Origin: an uncultured Anaerolineaceae bacterium | GTDB lineage: Bacteria; Chloroflexota; Anaerolineae; Anaerolineales; Anaerolineaceae | Reading direction: 5' to 3' | Length of the DNA: 60,329 bases | NCBI GenBank assembly: GCA_937863605.1 | Contig: CALMGN010000035.1 | Span: 1-60,329 of the forward strand | Notes under the pieces: generated by a model | What the model saw: only the letters and a program-made list of their open reading frames with translations | Told to the model about the DNA's origin: nothing | Databases searched by the model: none | Part shown: positions 17,669 through 27,699 of the stretch, piece after piece | How the letters are laid out: the number at the start of each line of letters is the position of its first letter | Position numbering within the stretch: position 1 is the first letter of the stretch | Made by a program: the position numbers and the translations under genes

Positions 17669-18562
17669 ATGAAGCGAACTTCACGCACCATCCTCGCAGC
17701 TGTAGTCGCTGTCATCCTCATCGTCAGCATTATATGGTTGACTAAAAACAACCAGGCGGTTACATCCGCCGGTTTTAACGGTGACCGTGCTTACGCCGAT
17801 GTTAAAGCCCAGGTTGATCTGGGTCCGCGAACACCGGGCAGTCCGGCGCACCAGGCCGCCATCGAATACTTTCAAACCGAGCTGAGGAAGGCTGGTTGGA
17901 GCGTAGAGCTGCAGGAAATGGAATACGGTGGGCATCCGGTCAAAAACGTGATTGCCAAACGCGGCAGTGGTTCTTGGCTGATTTTGGGAGCACATTATGA
18001 TTCCCGGCTGGCAGCTGACCAGGATCCCGACCCCGCCAACCATTCGGCGCCGGTACCAGCCGCAAATGACGGTGCGTCCGGCATAGCGGTACTGCTCGAA
18101 CTGGCGCGCAGCCTGCCAGCAGACTTGAACCAGGAAATTTGGTTGGCATTCTTCGATGTAGAAGATCAGGGTAACCTGCCCGGCTGGGACTGGATTCTCG
18201 GCTCCACTGCCCTGGCAGAAAGCCTGCCAGAGACAAATTTGCCCGAAGCGGTTATCATTCTTGACATGATCGGCGATGCCGATTTGAATATTTATATGGA
18301 GCGAAATTCCGATGGTGATTTAACCCGTGAAATCTGGAATACGGCCGCAGAACTCGGCTATGCGAAATCCTTCATCCCGGAATATAAATTTGCGATGCTC
18401 GATGACCATACCCCCTTCCTGCGGCGCGGCATTCGTGCGGTGGACTTGATCGATTTTGACTACAGGTACTGGCACACAACCCAGGACACGCTTGATAAAG
18501 TCTCCGCCGAGAGTCTGAATATTGTCGGCGATACCCTCTACCAGTGGATCACTACCCGCTGA
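17669..18562 (+). CDS. M28 family peptidase (glutaminyl cyclase-like), N-terminal membrane anchor
   Basis: LGAHYDSR, ANDGASG, FFDVED, LDMIGD, DDHTPF and YWHTTQDT, plus an N-terminal hydrophobic helix. Confidence 0.88.
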   Translation: MKRTSRTILAAVVAVILIVSIIWLTKNNQAVTSAGFNGDRAYADVKAQVDLGPRTPGSPAHQAAIEYFQTELRKAGWSVELQEMEYGGHPVKNVIAKRGSGSWLILGAHYDSRLAADQDPDPANHSAPVPAANDGASGIAVLLELARSLPADLNQEIWLAFFDVEDQGNLPGWDWILGSTALAESLPETNLPEAVIILDMIGDADLNIYMERNSDGDLTREIWNTAAELGYAKSFIPEYKFAMLDDHTPFLRRGIRAVDLIDFDYRYWHTTQDTLDKVSAESLNIVGDTLYQWITTR

Positions 18563-18652
18563 TCGCAAAGGAACCCGGCTGACAACCTCCCGGATTAACG
18601 AGGGACTCGTTTCACAAATGACATAGGATTTTTACACGGGAATTCGAACACC

Positions 18653-19999
18653 ATGGCTAAGAAATCGACTAAATCAACCACCCCGCCGCGCGAGCGTGCC
18701 TTTCTGGTGGGCGTGGAACTGCGCGGAGAACCTTCTCTCTTGCCGCTGGAAGACTCACTGGCAGAACTGGCGCTGCTGGCAGAAACCGCTGACCTTGAAA
18801 TCGTCGGCGAAACTTCTCAGAAGCTGGATAGACCCCACCCTGAGACCTTCATCGGCTCGGGAAAGGTGGAAGAACTCAAAATCCTGGCCGAAGAGACACT
18901 GGCTGACCTGATCATCTTTGATTCCGAGCTCTCGCCGCGCCACCAGCGCGAACTGGAAGAGAAATTCGGCGAACAGGTGCGCATCCTTGACCGCACCGCG
19001 TTGATACTGGACATTTTTGCCCGGCACGCAGACACTCGCGAAGGCATCCTGCAGGTTGAGTTGGCGTACTACGAGTACCGGTTGCCGCGTCTGACCCGCG
19101 CATGGACACATCTGGCGCGCCAGGCGGGCGGCGGCGGCGGGCGCACCGGTTCCACCGGCGGGGTTGGCTTACGCGGTCCAGGCGAAACCCAGTTGGAAGT
19201 GGACCGCCGAGAGATTCACAAGCGGATCACCCACCTGAAGGAAGAATTGGAAAAAGTGCGCGCTCACCGGCACCGCTACCGCGAGCAGCGGCGGCGCTCG
19301 AACGTGCCGACGGTGGCGCTGGTGGGCTATACCAATGCCGGAAAATCCACCCTGCTCAACAAGCTATCGCGCTCGGATGTTTTTGTCGCCAACCAGCTGT
19401 TCGCCACCCTCGATCCCACCACCCGCCGTGTTGAACTGCCAGCCGGGCATACTGCGCTGTTCACCGACACGGTCGGCTTTATCCAAAAGCTGCCAACCTT
19501 GCTCGTGGCTGCCTTTCGCGCCACGCTGGAAGAAATCAACGAAGCAGACTTGCTGTTGCACGTGGTGGACGTCACCCACCCGAACGCGCTGGAGCAGTGG
19601 CAGTCGGTACAGGAGACGCTGGTCGACATCGGGGCGCAGGATATCCCTATGGTGACCGCACTCAACAAAATCGACCGGCTGGCGAGCCCTGAGACCATCA
19701 GCGCATCGCTTTCGAATCGGACCCCTACCATCGCCATCTCCGCGCTCACTGGTCAGGGCGCCGAAAATTTACTGCGGTTGATCGAAGGCCAGCTTTTCGA
19801 GAACTACACCCAGGTCACAGTGCATGTCCCTTATCGGGAAGGGTACCTGGTTTCAATGTTTCACGAGCAGGGCAAGGTTGAATCCACGCATCCGGCGGAG
19901 ACCTACATCACGATTAAAGGGATGCTGCCAACCCGCATGCTCTACCACTTCAAGGATTTCATGAAACCGCCGGCTAAACCGAAACAGGATTCGGCTTAA
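18653..19999 (+). CDS. hflX: GTPase HflX
   Basis: LRGPGETQLEVDRR, GYTNAGKS, LFATLDPT, DTVGF and NKID. Confidence 0.97.
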   Translation: MAKKSTKSTTPPRERAFLVGVELRGEPSLLPLEDSLAELALLAETADLEIVGETSQKLDRPHPETFIGSGKVEELKILAEETLADLIIFDSELSPRHQRELEEKFGEQVRILDRTALILDIFARHADTREGILQVELAYYEYRLPRLTRAWTHLARQAGGGGGRTGSTGGVGLRGPGETQLEVDRREIHKRITHLKEELEKVRAHRHRYREQRRRSNVPTVALVGYTNAGKSTLLNKLSRSDVFVANQLFATLDPTTRRVELPAGHTALFTDTVGFIQKLPTLLVAAFRATLEEINEADLLLHVVDVTHPNALEQWQSVQETLVDIGAQDIPMVTALNKIDRLASPETISASLSNRTPTIAISALTGQGAENLLRLIEGQLFENYTQVTVHVPYREGYLVSMFHEQGKVESTHPAETYITIKGMLPTRMLYHFKDFMKPPAKPKQDSA

Positions 20000-20046
20000 A
20001 TCCGGGAGGGCGGAACCAACCCGTCGCACTTCCGTTATCGGATAGC

Positions 20047-20090
20047 AACATGAAAACCCCCGAAAATTTTCGGGGGTTTTCATGTTTTTT
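20047..20090. terminator. Bidirectional terminator (perfect 40-bp palindrome) between hflX and rpmF
   Basis: AACATGAAAACCCCCGAAAA|TTTTCGGGGGTTTTCATGTT (20047-20086), followed by a T-run. Confidence 0.85.
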
Positions 20091-20107
20091 TGAATAAATC
20101 AAAAAAA

Positions 20108-20305
20108 TTACGACTTCTTTTCTTCTTTACCCATCGCTACAATTTCGCGCCCCTGATAGTAGCCGCATTTGGGGCAAACAGTATGCGAAAGCCGCATTTC
20201 ACCGCAATTGCTGCATTGCACCAGGTTGGTGACGCCCAGGGCGTCGTGTGCACGCCGGCGATCGCGGCGGCCTTTCGAATGTTTCCGTTTTGGATGTGGG
20301 GTCAT
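20108..20305 (-). CDS. rpmF: 50S ribosomal protein L32 (Zn-binding form)
   Basis: MTPHPKRKHSKGRRDRRRAH...CSNC...HTVCPKCGYY. AGGAG lies upstream of the ATG at 20305. Confidence 0.95.
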   Translation of the reverse strand: MTPHPKRKHSKGRRDRRRAHDALGVTNLVQCSNCGEMRLSHTVCPKCGYYQGREIVAMGKEEKKS

Positions 20306-20544
20306 AATGGTAACTCCTGTCACTTTCGCCAGTACACTGGCATAATTTCATTCTTTAGAAAAGCCGTCAAATTATACCGAGTGTGCCCCATTTATGTCAA
20401 GCAAATACCCGGGTTTGGAACATCCTGGGTTCAGGTAAAGTTGCTTGGAATTTCACCCCTCCCCTGATCGATTTATTGAGAGTATAATCGGCACGTTAAG
20501 CCAGCAAACAGCTGGCATTTGTATGAACCGGAGGCATTGACTGC

Positions 20545-21957
20545 ATGAATCGTCGTTATGTAAGCCTGATTATCATCCTCCTTCTGCTTGCAATCTCGAT
20601 CTGGATTGACCTTCCCTCAAACCCTGGAATTAAAATAGGATCCTTTGAACGCAGCCTCGAAACTGTTTTGGGGTTGGACCTGCGCGGGGGCATGCAGGTG
20701 ATCCTGAGCGTCCCCTCAGAAATTGCTGTCACCCAGCAAAATCTCCAGGATGCCGCTCAAATTCTTGAGAACCGGTCAAACGCCCTGGGGGTGGACGAAG
20801 TCGTTTACCAGACTGCTGGTGAACGCATCATCGTCGGCGAATACCCTGGCGCATCGAATGCAGAAGACGTTATCGGAAAAATCAAACAGACCGGTCAACT
20901 CGAGTTTGTTGATTTTGGAGATATCCGTGTACCGGAAGGTACCGTGGTTGAAACCGATTTCGGTTTAACCGCCCCCGCCGGCACTGAAGCGACCCCAACG
21001 GTCGAGGTCACACCTACCACCGAAGCAACAGCCACTGCTGAAACTACTCCGGAAGCAACACCGACTGAGACCACATCTGCTACCCGCTACCATACCGTTT
21101 TAACCGGGGCTAATCTCAAGTCGGTCAGTGTGGTGCGCGGCCAACTCAATGAATATACGGTCGCTCTCGAGTTCAACACCGAAGGCGCTGGTATTCTCAA
21201 AGAGTGGACAACCAGTAACGTCGGCAAAATTCTGGGAATCGTGCTGGATAAGACCGTTATTTCCTCACCATCGGTAAATAATCCGATCCCCGACGGTCAA
21301 GCTGAAATTATTGGTTCCTTCACCAACGAATCTGCTAATTCTTTGGCGGTTCAGCTGCGCTACGGTTCACTGCCGATCCCCCTGGAAATCGAGCAAATCC
21401 GTGTGATTGGCCCGACGCTTGGCCAGGACTCACTGGATAAGTCGCTGTTAGCCGGCATCATCGGGTTCGGAATTGTCATGCTGTTCATGGCGATCTACTA
21501 CCGCGTTCCGGGCGTCGTCGCTGACCTGGCTTTGATTTTCTATGCCTTATTCACCTTTGCCATCTTCAAGCTTGTCCCGGTCACTTTAACCCTGCCCGGC
21601 ATCGCCGGCTTCCTCCTCAGTACCGGCTCGGCGCTGGATGCCAACATCCTGATATTCGAACGCTTAAAAGAAGAACTGCGCAACGGCCGCACCATGCGGC
21701 AGGCTATTGACCTCGCCTGGCGGCGCGCCTGGCCATCCATTCGTGATTCGAACATCGCCGCGTTGATTACTGCAGCGATCTTGTTCTGGTTCGGGTCAAC
21801 CTTCGGCGCCAGCTTCGTTAAAGGCTTTGCGCTCACCCTGGCTTTTGGCGTGGGCGTCAGTCTTATGACCGCATTCACCGTAACCCGCACGCTGCTCGGA
21901 CTGGTAGTTGATTTGTTCAAAGATCCTGAACAACGCCCCGGTTTGTTCGGGCTATAA
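20545..21957 (+). CDS. secD: Protein translocase subunit SecD
   Basis: LGLDLRGG, LRYGSLP, IGPTLG, LTLPGIAG and DANILIFERLKEE. Confidence 0.96.
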   Translation: MNRRYVSLIIILLLLAISIWIDLPSNPGIKIGSFERSLETVLGLDLRGGMQVILSVPSEIAVTQQNLQDAAQILENRSNALGVDEVVYQTAGERIIVGEYPGASNAEDVIGKIKQTGQLEFVDFGDIRVPEGTVVETDFGLTAPAGTEATPTVEVTPTTEATATAETTPEATPTETTSATRYHTVLTGANLKSVSVVRGQLNEYTVALEFNTEGAGILKEWTTSNVGKILGIVLDKTVISSPSVNNPIPDGQAEIIGSFTNESANSLAVQLRYGSLPIPLEIEQIRVIGPTLGQDSLDKSLLAGIIGFGIVMLFMAIYYRVPGVVADLALIFYALFTFAIFKLVPVTLTLPGIAGFLLSTGSALDANILIFERLKEELRNGRTMRQAIDLAWRRAWPSIRDSNIAALITAAILFWFGSTFGASFVKGFALTLAFGVGVSLMTAFTVTRTLLGLVVDLFKDPEQRPGLFGL

Positions 21958-21968
21958 AGGAATGCATC

Positions 21969-22907
21969 ATGATTAATATTCTTGGTAAACGCTACTATTA
22001 CTTCCTGCTCTCCATGGTATTGATCGTCCCCGGATTGATCATCCTGGCGATTAACGGCCTGCCGCTGGCGATCGATTTCAAGGGCGGGACGATGCTCGAG
22101 TTGCAATTCCCCTCCACCCAGCTGCCTGAAACCAGCGATGTGGTCGCCCTGTACAATGACATGGGCTTTAAAGAAGTCCAGGTGCAAACCGCGATTGGCA
22201 TTTCTGGCGAACGTGACATCCTGGTCATCCGCTCGCCCTTCATGGACGACACGACTAAGATTGCTTTGGTTGACCGGATGCAGACCGATTTTGGCGTTAG
22301 TGAAATTTCCGTCAACCGCTTCGACAGCGTCGGTCCGGTCATCGCCGAGCAAGTTACCAGCCGGGCTGCCCTGGCAGTAGCTATCGCTGCATTAGCGGTT
22401 ATTCTCTACATCACTTACGCGTTCCGTGGGATTCCGCATGCCTTCCGCTACGGCGTATGCGCAATCATCGCCATGCTCCATGACATCCTGATTGTCTTTA
22501 GCATTACCGCAATTGGGTCAGTGCTTTGGGGTTGGCAAATGGACTCCATGTTCCTAACCGCCCTGCTGACTGTAATCGGCTTCTCGACTCAGGACAAAAT
22601 CGTGGTGTTCGACCGCATTCGCGAAAACAGCAGCTTCCTGCGCAAACTTCCCTTTGAAAAGCTGGCGAACCACTCCATCGTCCAGACCCTGCAGCGCTCG
22701 ATCAACACCCAGTTGATGACGGTTGAGTTCATGCTGCTGTCGCTGGCGCTGTTTGGCGGGGTCACCTTGCGTGAATTCGCGGTCATTCTGCTGGTCGGTT
22801 TGCTAAGCGGTACCTACTCCTCCATTTTCATCGCTGCACCGCTGCTGGTGGTGTGGGAAAATCAGGAATGGAAGACCTGGTTCCACAAGCAGAGCGCCAA
22901 CGCTTGA
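21969..22907 (+). CDS. secF: Protein translocase subunit SecF
   Basis: IDFKGGT, VGPVIA, LHD, DKIVVFDRIRE and GTYSSIFIA. Confidence 0.96.
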   Translation: MINILGKRYYYFLLSMVLIVPGLIILAINGLPLAIDFKGGTMLELQFPSTQLPETSDVVALYNDMGFKEVQVQTAIGISGERDILVIRSPFMDDTTKIALVDRMQTDFGVSEISVNRFDSVGPVIAEQVTSRAALAVAIAALAVILYITYAFRGIPHAFRYGVCAIIAMLHDILIVFSITAIGSVLWGWQMDSMFLTALLTVIGFSTQDKIVVFDRIRENSSFLRKLPFEKLANHSIVQTLQRSINTQLMTVEFMLLSLALFGGVTLREFAVILLVGLLSGTYSSIFIAAPLLVVWENQEWKTWFHKQSANA

Positions 22908-22929
22908 TTGCCCGAATAGATCGATAAAA

Positions 22930-22971
22930 AAAACAGGGTCAATGGTCAAAACCCAGGACCCTGTTTTATTT
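22930..22971 (+). terminator. Intrinsic terminator after secF
   Basis: AAAACAGGGTC...GACCCTGTTTT inverted repeat with T-rich tail. Confidence 0.7.
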
Positions 22972-23124
22972 TGCTCGAAACCTGATAATACTCGCAGAAA
23001 ATTTAATCCATCTGAAAAATAGAATCCAGTAAAATGGATTGGGCGAATTTTCACGAGAGCACTTCAATGGGAATTTAGCCATTTTCGCACAAATTCCAAC
23101 CTAAACCACCTCAAGAGGAATAAT

Positions 23125-24144
23125 ATGCGTAAAGAAGTCGTTCTGATCACTGGCGCAAACGGTGAAATAGGCCATGGGCTCATCACGCATCTGGGTGAAC
23201 AGGGTAATTTTGGCGTCATCGCGCTGGATGTTCAGCCACTGGATGAGGCTCTCCGGCCTTATGTTGAGAAATTCATCCAGGGAGACATCCTGGATACCAT
23301 GCTGCTAGGCCGGCTGGTGGCTGAATATGAAATCCGGGCGGTGTACCATCTGGCGTCCATCCTCTCGACCAAGGCTGAGTACAACCCGGAGACCGCACAC
23401 CGGGTCAACGTTGAAGGTACGCTCAATTTACTGCGTCTATCAGTGGAGCAATCGCAGTGGCAAGGCCGGCCGGTCAAATTTCTCTATCCCAGTTCAATTG
23501 CCGCTTACGGCCTGCCCGACCTGGCTTCCAAAAATTCGGCCGGAAAAATCAAAGAACACAACTGGCTGGAACCGACCACCATGTACGGCTGCAACAAGTT
23601 ATACTGCGAGCACCTCGGACGGTATTACACTCGCCACTACCGCCAACTTGCAGCTGACCAGGGCCCGACTGCCATAGACTTCCGCTGCATCCGCTTCCCC
23701 GGGCTGATCAGCGCCATGACCGTCCCGACAGGCGGCACCAGCGACTACGGACCGGAAATGCTGCACCATGCCGCCCAGAGCTTGCCCTATGACTGCTTCG
23801 TACGGCCAGACACACGTCTGCCATTCATGGTAATGCCCGATGCGATCAAGTCACTTCTAATGCTGGAAGCTGCGCCGAAGGAAAATCTAAAGCAGTTGAC
23901 CTACAATGTGACCAGTTTCAGCCCGACTGCGCTCGAGTTCCACGATATTGTCCTTAAGGCTTTCCCGGGTGCAGTCATCGGCTTTAAGCCGCATGCGGCC
24001 CGCCAGGGGATAGTAGACACCTGGCCGGCGGACGTGGACGACTCTGCCGCCCGCCGCGACTGGGGCTGGCAGCCGGACTACGATCAAGTCCGCTCGTTTG
24101 ATGAATATCTGATTCCAGCTATTCGCGAGCGGTATGCGGAATAA
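23125..24144 (+). CDS. Extended SDR, probable NAD-dependent L-threonine 3-dehydrogenase
   Basis: ITGANGEIG, HLASILS, PSSIAAYG, PTTMYGCNK, RFPGLIS, GGTSDY and RQGIVDTWP, which resemble SDR-type TDH. Confidence 0.78.
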   Translation: MRKEVVLITGANGEIGHGLITHLGEQGNFGVIALDVQPLDEALRPYVEKFIQGDILDTMLLGRLVAEYEIRAVYHLASILSTKAEYNPETAHRVNVEGTLNLLRLSVEQSQWQGRPVKFLYPSSIAAYGLPDLASKNSAGKIKEHNWLEPTTMYGCNKLYCEHLGRYYTRHYRQLAADQGPTAIDFRCIRFPGLISAMTVPTGGTSDYGPEMLHHAAQSLPYDCFVRPDTRLPFMVMPDAIKSLLMLEAAPKENLKQLTYNVTSFSPTALEFHDIVLKAFPGAVIGFKPHAARQGIVDTWPADVDDSAARRDWGWQPDYDQVRSFDEYLIPAIRERYAE

Positions 24145-24174
24145 TAGCGTTTGACTTGATTCAGACTGACAATT

Positions 24175-24205
24175 TTTCAGGGCAGGCGTTGAGCCTGCCC
24201 TGAAA
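24175..24205. terminator. Hairpin terminator
   Basis: TTTCAGGGCAGGC-GTTGA-GCCTGCCCTGAAA. Confidence 0.7.
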
Positions 24206-24477
24206 TGGTATTACGGAATTAATCGTTAGAGCTGAGTGAATTTCGTAAAGTGTGTCCCGTCCGCAGGGTGCTCCTTAAGCAGCTTTGAACGCAGTCACCA
24301 ATCATCATGTCACAAAGCGCTGCATTCGACCTGTGAGACTTTAGCCAGGCACCAGTCGTTCCCAGGATAAAATGGATCACCAAAGTCGAACACACACTGC
24401 AACAACCCGCTTCATTGATAGAAAATTAACATTTTTGCGGTATCATCAAAATTCAAACAACAATCTTGAGGGAAATT

Positions 24478-26358
24478 ATGTCTGAAAAAGATCCAACTGA
24501 ATCCTGGGAAAAAGTCCCCTTTAAAACTGAAACCAGGCAAATTCTAAACATCCTGATCCACTCGCTTTATTCCGAACGGGAAGTGTTCATCCGTGAACTG
24601 ATCTCCAATGCGTCTGATGCGTTGACCCGCATGCAGTTCGAACTGCTGACGAACCGGCACGTAGTGGATGCGGATGCCGAACCGGGCATCTGGATTAGCG
24701 GCGACCCGGAGGCTAAGACCTTAACCATCCGCGACACCGGTATCGGGATGGATGCGCAAGAATTGGCCGATAACCTGGGAACCATTGCCCATTCCGGTGC
24801 GCGCGCCTTTATCGAGGCAGCAGCATCACAACCTTCCGCCATCAGCGACATTATTGGCCAGTTCGGTGTCGGGTTTTACTCTGCCTTCATGGCTGCTGAG
24901 TCGATCGAAGTAGTGTCCCGCAGTTACCGCCCGGACGACTCGGCTGCCCGCTGGATTGCACTCGATGAAGAAACCTTTTCCATTCAGCCGGCCGAAAAAA
25001 CCGATCGCGGAACAACGATCTTGATCCACCTAAAAGAAGATGCGCAAGAATTTGCTCAGGAAGACCGCCTGCGCGAAATCATTCGCAAACACAGCGACTT
25101 CATCCCCCACCCGATTTATCTCGGCAGCGGTCTCGAGCCAGTCAACCAGCAAAGCGCAGTCTGGCGCAAACAGCCATCGGCTCTGAAGGATGAGGATTAC
25201 ACCAATTTCTATCACCAATTCACCCTTGACCATCAAGAGCCGCTGCTTAAGCTTCACCTCTCGGTGGACGCCCCGGTGCAGATGTACGCGCTGTTATACG
25301 TGCCGCCATCGCCGGAACGCAGCATTTTCTCGCCGCGCAAAGATGAGGGGGTCAAGCTGTATGCTCGCAAGGTGCTGATTCAAGAATATTCCAAAGACCT
25401 GCTGCCGCCCTACCTGCGTTTTGTGGACGGGGTGGTTGACTCGGAAGATCTGCCGCTTAACGTGGCCCGTGAGTCAGTCCAATCCAACCGGGTCATGGCA
25501 CAGCTCAAACGCGTCATCACCAATAAGCTGGTCGATGCGCTGAATACCCTGGGAAAAGAGCAGCCTGAAAAGTACGCTCAGTTCTGGAAGGTTTACAGCC
25601 GCTACATCAAAGAAGGCATCGCCACTGACCCTGAAGCATTAGTTCCGCTGACGCCCTTGCTGCGCTTCCAATCTGCTAAAAATCCAGACGTTTTGACTTC
25701 GTTGGAAGAATATACGGCCGCCAGCCCATCCCATCAGGACAAAATCTACTACCTGCTTGGCGATGACGATCGCCTGCTCGCCTCCAGCCCGCACCTGGAA
25801 GGTTTTAAAGCGCAAGGGACAGACGTTTTGCTGATGGCGGATCCACTGGATTCCTTTGTCTTGCTCAAACTGGATCAATTTGACGGCAAGGAGTTGGTCA
25901 ATGCCGCCCAGGTGGATGCTCCCGCTCCAGCTTCCGACGAATCCAACTCGGAGCCCGATTCGACCTTGAGCGACGAACAGCGCAGCCAGGTTTTGGAACA
26001 AATTCGCGAAGTTCTGGGTGACCGGGTGACCGATGTCCGTGCCACGGACCGGCTGGTCGAATCGCCGGCACGCCTGGTGGATGCTGACGGGGCGATGAAA
26101 CCGGAAATTCAACGGGTTTACCGTCTGCTCAACCAGGAAATGGATGCTCCAAAGAAAGTATTGGAAGTCAATCTACACCACCCGCTCATCCAGCGCCTGG
26201 CGCAGGCCCCCTCAGCGAGCACCGTAGCGCCGCTGGTGATTGAACAACTGTACGAAAACGCCCTGTTGCTGGAGGGCAGCCTCCCCGATCCGGGAAAAAT
26301 GATCGCACGCATTCAAAATTTAATGGCAGCCGCCCTCGAGAAGCCTCATGGCGAATAA
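24478..26358 (+). CDS. htpG: Chaperone HtpG (Hsp90)
   Basis: HSLYSEREVFIRELISNASDA, DTGIGM, NLGTIAHSG, IGQFGVGFYSAF and DSEDLPLNVARE. Confidence 0.97.
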   Translation: MSEKDPTESWEKVPFKTETRQILNILIHSLYSEREVFIRELISNASDALTRMQFELLTNRHVVDADAEPGIWISGDPEAKTLTIRDTGIGMDAQELADNLGTIAHSGARAFIEAAASQPSAISDIIGQFGVGFYSAFMAAESIEVVSRSYRPDDSAARWIALDEETFSIQPAEKTDRGTTILIHLKEDAQEFAQEDRLREIIRKHSDFIPHPIYLGSGLEPVNQQSAVWRKQPSALKDEDYTNFYHQFTLDHQEPLLKLHLSVDAPVQMYALLYVPPSPERSIFSPRKDEGVKLYARKVLIQEYSKDLLPPYLRFVDGVVDSEDLPLNVARESVQSNRVMAQLKRVITNKLVDALNTLGKEQPEKYAQFWKVYSRYIKEGIATDPEALVPLTPLLRFQSAKNPDVLTSLEEYTAASPSHQDKIYYLLGDDDRLLASSPHLEGFKAQGTDVLLMADPLDSFVLLKLDQFDGKELVNAAQVDAPAPASDESNSEPDSTLSDEQRSQVLEQIREVLGDRVTDVRATDRLVESPARLVDADGAMKPEIQRVYRLLNQEMDAPKKVLEVNLHHPLIQRLAQAPSASTVAPLVIEQLYENALLLEGSLPDPGKMIARIQNLMAAALEKPHGE

Positions 26359-27343
26359 ATCACAGGTTTTTATCACCCGCGCCATCCACCCGGAAGCCCT
26401 GGAAAAATTAGCAGCCGAAACCGAGGTCGAAGTCTGGCCGGAAGCCTACCCCCCTTCCAAAGATGTCTTGCTGCAGAAAATCGGAAGTGTTAATGGGCTG
26501 TTGACCATGCTGACCGACCCAATCGATGAGGAGGTCATCGCCAGGGGTACACCCGCACTCAAGGTCATTGCCCAGCTTGCTGTTGGCTATGACAACATCG
26601 ACGTTGCGGCTGCCACCCGGCGCGGCATCCCGGTCGGTCACACCCCGGGCGTGCTTACCGAAACCACCGCTGATTTTGCCTGGGCGCTGATGATGGCCGC
26701 TGCCCGGCGAGTCGGCGAGGCCGAACGCGAGGTACGCTCCGGTCTTTGGCAGCCCTGGGGACCGGATGTGCTCACCGGATTGGATGTGTACGGTAAAACC
26801 CTCGGCATCATCGGCCTGGGACGCATTGGCAAAGCGGTAGCCCGCCGGGCGCGCGGTTTTTCGATGCGCATCCTGTACAACAACGCGACCCGCGACCTGG
26901 AGGCTGAGGAGGAGTTGGGGGTGGAATTCGTCACCTTTGATCGGCTGCTGGCACAGTCCGACTTTATCTCGCTGCACTTGTATTATTCGCCGGAAGCCCG
27001 CCACTTGATCAACCGGTCGGCGTTTGAGCAAATGAAACCCAATGCCGTGCTGGTCAACACCGCACGCGGCGCAGTGGTCGATCCCGAAGCGCTGACCTGG
27101 GCGTTGCAAACCCGCCGAATTGCTGCTGCCGGCATCGACGTGTTCGACCCGGAACCCATCCCGCCCAATCACCCCCTGCTCGAGCTTGAAAACGTGGTCA
27201 TCGCCCCGCACATAGCCTCGGCGGGAATAGAAACCCGCCAGAAGATGGCGATGATGTCGGTTGAAAATATTCTGGCTGGATTAAAAGGCGCACCCATCCC
27301 CTATTGTGCCAACCCGCAGGTGTATGAGCCGCGCGGTACTTAG
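26348..27343 (+). CDS. D-isomer-specific 2-hydroxyacid dehydrogenase (glyoxylate reductase-like)
   Basis: AVGYDNID, TPGVLTETTAD, GLGRIG, NTARG, DVFDPEP and PHIASA. Confidence 0.9.
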   Translation: MANKSQVFITRAIHPEALEKLAAETEVEVWPEAYPPSKDVLLQKIGSVNGLLTMLTDPIDEEVIARGTPALKVIAQLAVGYDNIDVAAATRRGIPVGHTPGVLTETTADFAWALMMAAARRVGEAEREVRSGLWQPWGPDVLTGLDVYGKTLGIIGLGRIGKAVARRARGFSMRILYNNATRDLEAEEELGVEFVTFDRLLAQSDFISLHLYYSPEARHLINRSAFEQMKPNAVLVNTARGAVVDPEALTWALQTRRIAAAGIDVFDPEPIPPNHPLLELENVVIAPHIASAGIETRQKMAMMSVENILAGLKGAPIPYCANPQVYEPRGT

Positions 27344-27699
27344 CTCAGCTTTCGGACCCTGGCGGCACTCCTACATTAAAACCTATGCGCAATTAATATA
27401 TAAATATTCCTCTGCAAACCACAGATTGAGTTTGTCACCCTGCAATTCGTCAAAAAGATGATGAATATACTGTGAAAAAAGTACGTTTGTTTCGCGCAAA
27501 ATTGCTTACAATATTCTTGTCATTACCTTCAAGATGTCTGAGGAGTTCAGCGTTCCCCGTTTATAACCACCGCAACCTGAAATAGACACCTTCGGGCGAG
27601 CGGTGTCTGCATTTTTGAGATATCTTGTTTTGGCGGAGGGCTTCCCTCCTAGAATGAAATATGTCTACAACTACAACACCCAATTCAGGAGGAAGTAAC

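Noticed and set aside
24206-24477. CIRCE operator upstream of htpG
   Set aside because: No TTAGCACTC-N9-GAGTGCTAA match.
27440-27520. Rex operator upstream of the acyl-CoA ligase
   Set aside because: Only half-site-like TGTGAA and TTACAA sequences are present, not a correctly spaced TTGTGAA-N4-TTCACAA palindrome.
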